From Macrostomum lignano (lineage: Eukaryota), in the NCBI GenBank assembly GCA_002269645.1, contig NIVC01002145.1:62001-126000 (forward strand): DNA of 64,000 nucleotides, read 5' to 3'. Every line of letters begins with the position of its first letter. Positions within the stretch are counted from its first letter, which is position 1. The translations under genes and the position numbers were made by a program. The notes under the pieces were generated by a model. That model was not told where the DNA came from. It worked only from the letters and a program-made list of their open reading frames with translations, and searched no databases. Of this stretch, positions 21,986 through 33,600 are shown in pieces.

Positions 21986-22972
21986 AGTTTTTTTATGCAC
22001 TCGAACGTTGATTATTTTACATTGTTTAAACTCAATTAAACTAAAGGTTTTCCGTAAAACAGCATGACAACAATACTAAGGAAATTGACGCTCAGTTAAG
22101 TCTTTTACACAATGCTACTCGTAAAATACATAATTAGCACGCTTCGACTATACTGAAACTCTTCTCTACAAAATCTGTTTCTGGTTGTTAATTTTTAACT
22201 TTCTGGCAACTTGACAACGGGCCAAAGATATATTATTCAACAAGAGCATCAATTGTGGCACACACTTGCTAAGAGTGTGTTGTAGATAGGCTTTGTTCAG
22301 GAACAGCTTTCGGATCTCTGCTTCTCTCAGTTCTCCCTTGCTAAGCGAATAGAACGAGAATTGTAGCGAACATTGCAGCAGCAGCAGCGGCAGCATCGGT
22401 GCCTGCCGTCTTCAACTGCATGGAGCCAAGGTGACCCAGACGCCAGGACTTGGAGTTGCCAACTCTTGCCCAAGCCAAATCCACTCTTAACAATCCAGAC
22501 TCCTGGCTCTGGGTCTCCTTGATCGGAGCCCACGCGCAACTGTAGCGAAACACAGCCACCCCCAACCCTCCCCTTCCATGGAGCCATTGCATTCGGGATT
22601 CGAAAATTAGTATTTTGAACAAGAGAAAATATTCAATGAAAAAAGGACTGATTCGGAAGCTGGAAAATGGGAAAGCAGTTTCGGAGCCTCATTGCTGGAC
22701 ATTTGAGATGCAGGGATGCTGCGCCTTCCTCATCAGAGCGTTGGAGCATCGGGTTTCTAAGAAATTGATACAAGTGCCGCGGCTCTCCTCTGATCTGTCA
22801 CTGGCTGTCATTGTGCAGCTCGTCCGCCCACCTGCCAGCTCCTCACCCGCTCCCCTCTCCTCCTCCGCGGCCGACTCTCCGGCCAGAGCCCTTGGGTTCG
22901 ATTCCCTGCGCGGGTCACGCTAATTAACGGGAGGGCTGAATAAGCGCTACGTTCTAAATATTAACTAACTAG

Positions 22973-23298
<326 letters not shown>

Positions 23299-23559
23299 GT
23301 CCCACTCGTAGAGGTGCTTTACAAATGCTTTTAAACAAAATCATCACCTCCATATGTGGGTCCTCGCGCTAGAAAAGGTGCAAATTTACGCCTAACAACC
23401 AATGCTTTGCTGCTTTGGGTTCGAAGGGCACTGGTTTTGATATTTTGTACTTTGGAGTTTCCTACTTCAAAACAAAAAGTTACCAACGGTACATATCGAA
23501 TACCGCGACCCAGTCCAGCCTCTAGGCTTTACTTGTACCTTGTTTTTCTCACTCCCCCT

Positions 23560-24066
23560 CCCACTTACTCGCCCTCTCACTCTCTCACACTCTCACTCTC
23601 TCTCCCCCTCTCTCTCCCTCTCACTCCCCCTCTCACTATTACTCTCTATCTACCTCTCACTCTCCCTCCTACTCTCACTCTCCCTCCTACTCTCACTCTC
23701 CCACTCACTCTCCCCTTCTCTCTCTCCCTTTCACTCTCCCTTCCACTGAATCTCCCCCACTCTCCCTCTCATTATCCCTCTCCATCTTCCTCTCACTCTC
23801 CTTCTCCTTCTCACTCTCCCTCCCACTAACTCTCTCCCTCTCTCTCTCCTTCTCCCTCTCCCTCTTCCTTTCACTATCCCTCTCCATCTTTCCCTCACTC
23901 TCCCTCTCACTCCCATTCTCTCTCATTCTCCCTCTCCTTCTCACTCTCCCTCTCACTCTTCTTCCTCTCACTCTCCCTCTCACTCTCCCTCTCCATCTCC
24001 CTCTCACTCTCCCTTTCTCTCATCCTATTCTCTATCTTCGTCTCCCTCCCTCCCCCTCTCCTCTCC
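23560..24066. repeat. CT-rich polypyrimidine low-complexity tract
   Basis: Almost exclusively C/T with CTCACT and CTCTCC motifs. Confidence 0.9.
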
Positions 24067-24469
24067 TGCTTCATTTCGACAAACAGAAATTGGGTCAGTC
24101 TTGAAAATTGCAACAACTCGCTTTAACGATTCATAAAAACTGCTAAAGAGCCGGCAGTAGGCGAAGGTGCATGCACTTACTACTATTTCACCCACTCATT
24201 TTGTGTAGACTAAAGTAAGCAAATTCTCCGTCTATGAGGCAATTCAGAACCCTCCGCCATCAATCAGCAGTTCTCATTCGCTCAGCCCGCAAGCAGTTGG
24301 CCGCCCTCGCCCACCTTGGGCGGCTCTCATTGGCTGGCGCTTTTTCAGTCAGTCAGAATCTTTGCTCGGTTTTTTAACTCGCGCGATCAAGCCAACACCT
24401 GGGAGTCCCCCGATTGAGTCGTCTGTTAAAATTTGCTTTGCCAGCACTTGCTTAGCCAGAAAAGCCACA

Positions 24470-24525
24470 ATGCATCCTGGGCACGTGAGTCTGCACCACC
24501 CCACAACTGCCAAGGCTGCTTCAAG
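24470..24525 (+). CDS. Probable first coding exon of the DMRT gene (MHPGHVSLHHPTTAKAASR)
   Basis: ATG at 24470 and a strong donor AG|GTAAGA at 24526. Its phase 2 matches the phase-2 acceptor at 38330, and the exon there has no ATG before DM1. CCAAT-like and TCAGTC Inr-like elements occur at 24250-24360. Confidence 0.5.
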
Positions 24526-24804
24526 GTAAGATTGTCAACTTTAAGCACACACTGTACTCCTTTTATCTATTCGACATTTTACTCATCCACACAGACTTAC
24601 GCGTCCATCCGTTTTTGTTCCTTCTGTTTGTGGGGAAACGTGCTTAGCTATAAAGGATAGCTATTAGCTATAAATATATATAATATTAGCTATAAATATA
24701 CTGTGATAAACACTACCGAAACCCAAAATCAAAAGCGCTACCAGCCTGAATCTATCTACGAAAATCTATCTGCCCTTCCCAAAATTGATGCGCCATTCAG
24801 GCAA

Positions 24805-25310
24805 TCTATCTAACCACTCCTACAGTCTATCTGCCACTCCTACAGTCTATCTGCCACTCTTACAGTCTATCTGCCACTCCTACAGTCTATCTGCCACTCT
24901 TACAGTCTATCTGCCACTCCTACAGTCTATCTGCCACTCTTACAGTCTATCTGCCACTCTTACAGTCTATCTGCCACTCCTACAGTCTATCTGCCACTCT
25001 TACAGTCTATCTGCCACTCCTACAGTCTATCTGCCACTCTTACAGTCTATCTGCCACTCTTACAGTCTATCTGCCACTCCTACAGTCTATCTGCCACTCC
25101 AACAGTCTATCTAACCACTCCTACAGACTATCTGCCACTCCTACAGTCTATCTGCCACTCCCACAATCTATCTACCACTCCAATGATCTATCTACCACCC
25201 CCACAATCTATCTGCCACTCGAATAAACTATCTACCACCCCACAATCTATCTGCCACTCCAATAATCTATCTACCACCCCCACAATCTATCTGCCACTCC
25301 AATAATCTAT
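24805..25310. repeat. 20-bp minisatellite (TACAGTCTATCTGCCACTC(C/T)), degenerate at the 3' end
   Basis: About 24 units. Confidence 0.93.
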
Positions 25311-26134
25311 CAGCCAATCTTATAATCAAATAAGCACCCAGCTGGCCCCGCATGGGATTCTGGAGGCCAGTAATTACAGGCCGGACACAGTGTTATGCTG
25401 TTAGATAAGTTACAAAAGAAAATTTCGTGGGAAAGTCATCAAGCCTGAGCTAAAACATGAAGGATGCATAGCACCAATGTGATAGGCTCTGAAGCAAGCG
25501 CAAATAGAAGACCAAGTATAACAAAGCAAAGGATTAGAGCTAGACAGAGACAGAGAAAGGAGAAACAAACGCACATAGGATAGAGAGAGGCCTGCAGTTG
25601 CAGGTTCACCAATTGTATCAAAAACATCGCTTGCGTTCGGAGGAAGAATCGGGGGGGGGGGCGCGGCGGGTGCGGGGGCCTGCGCGAGAGCGGGCGGCAA
25701 TGGCGCGGCCTGGGTTACAGCTATAGCCGAGTCCTCCTTCTCTTCTTCCTAATATTCGAATATTCGGAAATTTTCGCTACATTCTTCACCGCGCCAGCTA
25801 TGAAGAACTGTGCACCCGGGAGCTAAGCGAGAGTGAGGGGGAGACGAGAGGAGAGAAAAAAACAGGATCGAGGTTGCCAACCCCCCCGCTAGCTATGCGA
25901 GCTGCTCCACCTTCTCATTCTTGGCCGGGGCCCGATTGTAGCAAAACTTGAAAGCCATGCAGGCAGCTTGAGAAAGGGGCAGAGGGCTCCGGCTTTGGGG
26001 GGCCGAGCAAACGCAACCTCTCAGTCCCCAGCTTTCGGACTGGCTTGCTGCTGATTCCATGGCTATCTGTGTGTCCTTAGCGGGAGTCCTCAGTTCCGAT
26101 AGACACTGAGACACTTTTTATCAATAGTTTTGAA

Positions 26135-26151
26135 GACAGACAGACAGACAC

Positions 26152-26242
<91 letters not shown>

Positions 26243-26358
26243 CACAGACACACAGACAGACAGACAGACACACAGACAGACAGACAGACAGACAGACACA
26301 TAGACAGACAGACAGACAGACAGACAGGCAGGCAGACAGACAGACAGACAGGCAGACA
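26135..26358. repeat. (GACA)n microsatellite with GGCA/CACA variants
   Basis: Direct observation. Confidence 0.95.
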
Positions 26359-27085
26359 CTCTTACGACTGTCTGTGTGTTTAGCGGGACCTGAGTTATGT
26401 TAATGCGTTACGTGGACCACGCAATTCCGGTTAAAAAATAGAGTCTGTTTTGACAACGCGAAAGGCTAGCTAGGGTTATCTTTTTGTTAACTTGACGGAA
26501 TAGCCAGTTCGTGGAAACTGTGGTGGTTCACTAACTACGTTTTGGGGACCGGGTTAGGTGGACCGCAAAAAAACAGTTGGTTTAGTTAGACCTCTTTCGT
26601 TGTAGAAAATTTATTGCTTTAAACTGTTCTTTTGAACTAATTAAAACAGAAATTCTCAAAAAGAACAGATAAAAGGGTTACGACGTCATTTAATGAAAAT
26701 ATCCCAAGTTCAAACCAATTTATATAGCATTATTAATCGGGTTAATCGGGTTAAACAAATGTACGATCGCATTAGTTAGTTGCGTCGCGTGAATACAAGA
26801 AGGTGAATGAAAATAAAGCATTTTAAAAATAAATACCGAATCATATCAAATACTAACTGTAAACTCATTAAAACTAATTTAGGTCAAAATGTATGCTTCA
26901 AATACATGTTAACAAACGTAAGATTCCATTAGTTAATAAAGGTCATCGAGTACGAGCCTACAAGAAGTTGAAGGGCATTTTTAATAACGACAAAAGTTAC
27001 TAAAACTGAAATTAAATTTATTTGACTACATCAGTCCTATTATACTGAATGAGTTGGTGAGCAATCATATGCTAAGCCAATCATT

Positions 27086-27401
27086 TTACCGACTTTCATC
27101 TTTTCGTTCACGCAGATGATGGCTTAATCTTCTTATTTTTTCTACGAAATATTCTCCTGGACCTTCCCTGCCTCCGTGGTCCGGGACCGCTTCTGTTATT
27201 GATCTGTCATTGCCTCTCTCACGAAGTTCAGCTTACTCAGCCATCGAATCCGCTTTCGTCAGCTCAGCTCTATGATGAACCTTTCTATATTTCTCGTCAA
27301 TTAGTAGTTTGAATCTTCTTTTAAAGTTCGTTTTAACCTTCATCTCGGTGAAACGCAGTCAGTCTCGTCGAGATCAGGCGAACAAAATCAACCACAGGCT
27401 C
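27086..27401 (-). pseudogene. Decayed BESS-motif-like exon (MADF-BESS / Harbinger-ORF1-like)
   Basis: Acceptor TTTTCTACCTTTGTAG| at 27402, then EPVVDFVRLISTRLTAFHRDE-(+1 frameshift)-VKTNFKRRFKLLIDEKYRKV..DSMAE*. Resemblance to BESS is by eye only. Confidence 0.3.
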
Positions 27402-30353
27402 CTACAAAGGTAGAAAATAAAATTAACTGACAATCAAACAGACACAGAAATCTGTTCCAGTTGTGTCTGTAGGTTATGTGGACCACCTGAGAGCCAGAGC
27501 CTCAAACAGACAGAGAAATCTGTTCGAGTTGTGTCTGTAGGTTAGATGGACCAGCTATTCTACAGCACTTCTAGGCGATAATCTGAGCCAGGAATCTCCA
27601 AGAGCCTCTCGTTACACATCCAGATGTTCTGCCTTGATGCTGGACTAGCTCACTTTCTAGGAATCTGTTCTGATTGCATTCTAACAAACTGAAGCATTCT
27701 CGGCACTAAACTTTCTCGGCGGCTCTGAGAGCCAGAGCCTCAAACAGACAGAGAAATCTGTTCGAGTTGTGTCTGTAGGTTAGGTGGACCAGCTATTCTA
27801 CAGCACTTCTAGGCGATAATCTGAGCCAGGAATCTCCGAGAGCCTTTCGTTACACATCCAGATGTTCTGCCTTGATGCTGGACTAGCTCACTTTCTAGGA
27901 ATCTGTTCTGATTACATTCTAACAAACTGAAGCATTCTCGGCACTAAACTTTCTCAGCGGCTCTGAGATCCAGAGCCTCAAACAGACAGAAATCTGTTCG
28001 AGTTGTGTCTGTAGGTTAGGTGGACCAGCTACTCCACAGCACTTCTAGGCGATAATCTGAGCCAGGAGTCTTCGAGAGACTTTCGTTACACATCCAGATG
28101 TTCTGCCTTGATGCTGGACTAGCTCACTTTCTAGGAATCTGTTCTGATTGCATTCTAACAAACTGAAGCATTTTCTGCACTAAACTTTCTCGGCGGCTCT
28201 AAGAGCCAGAGCCTAAACAGACAGAGAAATCTGCTCGAGTTGTGTCTGTAGGTTAGGTGGACCACCTTCTGAGAAACAAAGCCTCAAACAGACTGAGAGA
28301 GCTGCTTCAGTTCTGTCTGTAGGTTATGTGGACCATTTAAGAGCCAGAGCCTCAAACAGACAGAGAAATCTGTTCGAGTTGTGTCTGTAGGTTAGGTGGA
28401 CCAGCTATTCTACAGCACTTCTAGACGATAATCCGAGCCAGGAATCTCCGAGAGCCTCTCGTTACACATCCAGATGTTCTGCCTTGATGCTGGACTAGCT
28501 CACTTTCTAGGAATCTGTTCTGATTGCATTCTAACAAACTGAAGCATTTTCTGCACTAAACTTTCTCGGTGGCTCTAAGAGCCAGAGCCTAAACAGACAG
28601 AGAAATCTGCTTGAGGAGTTGTGTCTGTAGGTTAGGTGGACCACCTTCTGAGAGACAAAGCCTCAAACAGACTGAGAGAGCTGCTTCAGTTCTGTTTGTA
28701 GGTTATGTGGACCATTTAAGAGCCAGAGCCTCAAACAGACAGAGAAATCTGTTCGAGTTGTGTCTGTATGTTAGGTGGACCAGCTATTCTACAGCACTTC
28801 TAGGCGATAATCTGAGCCAGGAATCTCCGAGAGCCTCTCGTTACACATCCAGATGTTCTGCCTTGATGCTGGACTAGCTCACTTTCTAGGAATCTGTTCT
28901 GATTGCATTCTAACAAACTGAAGCATTCTCGGCACTAAACTTTCTCAGCGGCTCTGAGAGCCAGAGCCTCAAACAGACAGAGAAATCTGTTCGAGTTGTG
29001 TCTGTAGGTTAGGTGGACCAGCTACTCCACAGCACTTCTAGGCGATAATCTGAGCCAGGAATCTCCGAGAGCCTCTCGTTACACATCCAGATGTTCTGCC
29101 TTGATGCTGGACTAGCTCACTTTCTAGGAATCTGTTCTGATTGCATTCTAACAAACTGAAGCATTCTCGGCACTAAACTTTCTCGGCGGCTCTGAGAGAC
29201 AGAGCCTCAAACAGACAGAGAAATCTGTTCGAGTTGTGTCTGTAGGTTAGGTGGACCAGCTATTCTACAGCACTTCTAGGCGATAATCTGAGCCAGGAAT
29301 CTCCGAGAGCCTTTCGTTACACATCCAGATGTTCTGCCTTGATGCTGGACTAGCTCACTTTCTAGGAATCTGTTCTGATTACATTCTAACAAACTGAAGC
29401 ATTCTCGGCACTAAACTTTCTCAGCGGCTCTGAGATCCAGAGCCTCAAACAGACAGAAATCTGTTCGAGTTGTGTCTGTAGGTTAGATGGACCAGCTACT
29501 CCACAGCACTTCTAGGCGATAATCTGAGCCAGGAGTCTTCGAGAGACTTTCGTTACACATCCAGATGTTCTGCCTTGATGCTGGACTAGCTCACTTTCTA
29601 GGAATCTGTTCTGATTGCATTCTAACAAACTGAAGCATTTTCTGCACTAAACTTTCTCGGCGGCTCTAAGAGCCAGAGCCTAAACAGACAGAGAAATCTG
29701 CTCGAGTTGTGTCTGTAGGTTAGGTGGACCACCTTCTGAGAGACAAAGCCTCAAACAGACTGAGAGAGCTGCTTCAGTTCTGTCTGTAGGTTATGTGGAC
29801 CATTTAAGAGCCAGAGCCTCAAACAGACAGAGAAATCTGTTCGAGTTGTGTCTTTAGGTTAGGTGGACCAGCTATTCTACAGCACTTCTAGGCGATAATC
29901 CGAGCCAGGAATCTCCGAGAGCCTCTCGTTACACATCCAGATGTTCTGCCTTGATGCTGGACTAGCTCACTTTCTAGGAATCTGTTCTGATTGCATTCTA
30001 ACAAACTGAAGCATTTTCTGCACTAAACTTTCTCGGTGGCTCTAAGAGCCAGAGCCTAAACAGACAGAGAAATCTGCTCGAGTTGTGTCTGTAGGTTAGG
30101 TGGACCACCTTCTGAGAGACAAAGCCTCAAACAGACTGAGAGAGCTGCTTCAGTTCTGTTTGTAGGTTATGTGGACCATTTAAGAGCCAGAGCCTCAAAC
30201 AGACAGAGAAATCTGTTCGAGTTGTGTCTGTATGTTAGGTGGACCAGCTATTCTACAGCACTTCTAGGCGATAATCTGAGCCAGGAATCTCCGAGAGCCT
30301 CTCGTTACACATCCAGATGTTCTGCCTTGATGCTGGACTAGCTCACTTTCTAG

Positions 30354-30650
30354 CATACATGCGCAACAGTCGGCCGAGTCGGCCGATCCGGCCGACCGAT
30401 TTGGCGGCCAACCAAGGTAAGTCGCAAAAATGCCCACCCGAAAGAATCATACGTAGTACTAATTAGATGACGAGGCATTTAGCCCTTATAAGACAGTTAT
30501 AGTTACTTCTGCCGTTTACCCAAAATTGCGTTAATTTTGCTTAAGGGTTTCTTTTACAGGTAAGTCGCATTTTTGGCCAAAAACTACGTCGCATTTTTTG
30601 TTAAAACTAAGTCGCACGGCCGACCGAATTTTGGAGGTTGCGCATGTATG
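30354..30650. mobile_element. 297-bp MITE (8-bp TSD; hAT- or P-superfamily-like) inserted in the satellite
   Basis: Perfect 14-bp TIRs CATACATGCGCAAC / GTTGCGCATGTATG. TSD CTTTCTAG at 30346-30353 and 30651-30658. The interrupted monomer resumes exactly. Confidence 0.93.
30459..30521 (-). other. Diverged LSU (28S) rRNA fragment, helix 69-71 region, inside the MITE
   Basis: Minus strand GGGTAAACGGCAGAAGTAACTATAACTGTCTTATAAGGGCTAAATGCCTCGTCATCTAATTAG versus remembered eukaryotic consensus GGGTAAACGGCGGGAGTAACTATGACTCTCTTAAGGTAGCCAAATGCCTCGTCATCTAATTAG: 53/63 ungapped by hand. Confidence 0.85.
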
Positions 30651-33600
30651 CTTTCTAGGAATCTGTTCTGATTGCATTCTAACAAACTGAAGCATTCTCG
30701 GCACTAAACTTTCTCAGCGGCTCTGAGAGCCAGAGCCTTAAACAGACAGAAATCTGTTCGAGTTGTGTCTGTAGGTTAGATGGACCAGCTATTCTACAGC
30801 ACTTCTAGGCGATAATCTGAGCCAGGAATCTCCAAGAGCCTCTCGTTACACATCCAGATGTTCTGCCTTGATGCTGGACTAGCTCACTTTCTAGGAATCT
30901 GTTCTGATTGCATTCTAACAAACTGAAGCATTCTCGGCACTAAACTTTCTCAGCGGCTCTGGGAGCCAGAGCCTCAAACAGACAGAGAAATCTGTTCGAG
31001 TTGTGTCTGTAGGTTAGGTGGACCAGCTATTCTACAGCACTTCTAGGCGATAATCTGAGCCAGGAATCTCCGAGAGCCTCTCGTTACACATCCAGATGTT
31101 CTGCCTTGATGCTGGACTAGCTCACTTTCTAGGAATCTGTTCTGATTGCATTCTAACAAACTGAAGCATTCTCGGCACTAAACTTTCTCGGCGGCTCTGA
31201 GAGCCAGAGCCTTAAACAGACAGAAATCTGTTCGAGTTGTGTCTGTAGGTTAGGTGGACCAGCTACTCCACAGCACTTCTAGGCGATAATCTGAGCCAGG
31301 AGTCTTCGAGAGACTTTCGTTACACATCCAGATGTTCTGCCTTGATGCTGGACTAGCTCACGTTCTAGGAATCTGTTCTGATTGCATTGTAACAAACTGA
31401 AGCATTTTCTGCACTAAACTTTCTCGGCGGCTCTAAGAGCCAGAGCCTAAACAGACAGAGAAATCTGCTCGAGTTGTGTCTGTAGGTTAGGTGGACCACC
31501 TTCTGAGAGACAAAGCCTCAAACAGACTGAGAGAGCTGCTTCAGTTCTGTCTGTAGGTTATGTGGACCATTTAAGAGCCAGAGCCTCAAACAGACAGAAA
31601 TCTGTTCGAGTTGTGTCTGTAGGTTAGGTGGACCAGCTACTCCACAGCACTTCTAGGCGATAATCCGAGCCAGGAATCTCCGAGAGCCTCTCGTTACACA
31701 TCCAGATGTTCTGCCTTGATGCTGGACTAGCTCACTTTCTAGGAATCTGTTCTGATTGCATTCTAACAAACTGAAGCATTTTCTGCACTAAACTTTCTCG
31801 GTGGCTCTAAGAGCCAGAGCCTAAACAGACAGAGAAATCTGCTCGAGTTGTGTCTGTAGGTTAGGTGGACCACCTTCTGAGAGACAAAGCCTCAAACAGA
31901 CTGAGAGAGCTGCTTCAGTTCTGTCTGTAGGTTATGTGGACCATTTAAGAGCCAGAGCCTCAAACAGACAGAGAAATCTGTTCGAGTTGTGTCTGTAGGT
32001 TAGATGGACCAGCTATTCTACAGCACTTCTAGGCGATAATCTGAGCCAGGAATCTCCAAGAGCCTCTCGTTACACATCCAGATGTTCTGCCTTGATGCTG
32101 GACTAGCTCACTTTCTAGGAATCTGTTCTGATTGCATTCTAACAAACTGAAGCATTCTCGGCACTAAACTTTCTCGGCGGCTCTGAGAGCCAGAGCCTCA
32201 AACAGACAGAGAAATCTGTTCGAGTTGTGTCTGTAGGTTAGGTGGACCAGCTATTCTACAGCACTTCTAGGCGATAATCTGAGCCAGGAATCTCGAGAGC
32301 CTCTCGTTACACATCCAGATGTTCTGCCTTGATGCTGGACTAGCTCACATTCTAGGAATCTGTTCTGATTACATTCTAACAAACTGAAGCATTCTCGGCA
32401 CTAAACTTTCTCAGCGGCTCTGAGATCCAGAGCCTCAAACAGACAGAGAAATCTGTTCGAGTTGTGTCTGTAGGTTAGGTGGACCAGCTACTCCACAGCA
32501 CTTCTAGGCGATAATCTGAGCCAGGAGTCTTCGAGAGACTTTCGTTACACATCCAGATGTTCTGCCTTGATGCTGGACTAGCTCACGTTCTAGGAATCTG
32601 TTCTGATTGCATTGTAACAAACTGAAGCATTTTCTGCACTAAACTTTCTCGGCGGCTCTAAGAGCCAGAGCCTAAACAGACAGAGAAATCTGCTCGAGTT
32701 GTGTCTGTAGGTTAGGTGGACCACCTTCTGAGAGACAAAGCCTCAAACAGACTGAGAGAGCTGCTTCAGTTCTGTCTGTAGGTTATGTGGACCATTTAAG
32801 AGCCAGAGCCTCAAACAGACAGAGAAATCTGTTCGAGTTGTGTCTGTAGGTTAGGTGGACCAGCTATTCTACAGCACTTCTAGGCGATAATCCGAGCCAG
32901 GAATCTCCGAGAGCCTCTCGTTACACATCCAGATGTTCTGCCTTGATGCTGGACTAGCTCACTTTCTAGGAATCTGTTCTGATTGCATTCTAACAAACTG
33001 AAGCATTTTCTGCACTAAACTTTCTCGGTGGCTCTAAGAGCCAGAGCCTAAACAGACAGAGAAATCTGCTCGAGTTGTGTCTGTAGGTTAGGTGGACCAC
33101 CTTCTGAGAGACAAAGCCTCAAACAGACTGAGAGAGCTGCTTCAGTTCTGTCTGTAGGTTATGTGGACCATTTAAGAGCCAGAGCCTCAAACAGACAGAG
33201 AAATCTGTTCGAGTTGTGTCTTTAGGTTAGGTGGACCAGCTATTCTACAGCACTTCTAGGCGATAATCTGAGCCAGGAATCTCCAAGAGCCTCTCGTTAC
33301 ACATCCAGATGTTCTGCCTTGATGCTGGACTAGCTCACTTTCTAGGAATCTGTTCTGATTGCATTCTAACAAACTGAAGCATTCTCGGCACTAAATTTTC
33401 TCGGCGGCTCTGAGAGCCAGAGCCTCAAACAGACAGAGAAATCTGTTCGAGTTGTGTCTGTAGGTTAGGTGGACCAGCTATTCTACAGCACTTCTAGGCG
33501 ATAATCTGAGCCAGGAATCTCCGAGAGCCTCTCGTTACACATCCAGATGTTCTGCCTTGATGCTGGACTAGCTTACTTTCTAGGAATCTGTTCTGATTAC

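Noticed and set aside
22166-22622. Minus-strand ORFs at 22.2-22.6 kb and 25893-26114
   Set aside because: No family motif, and they could not be joined to other exons in a consistent phase.
30459-30521. Functional rRNA gene
   Set aside because: Only ~63-90 nt long, the H69 stem is disrupted, and it lies inside a MITE.
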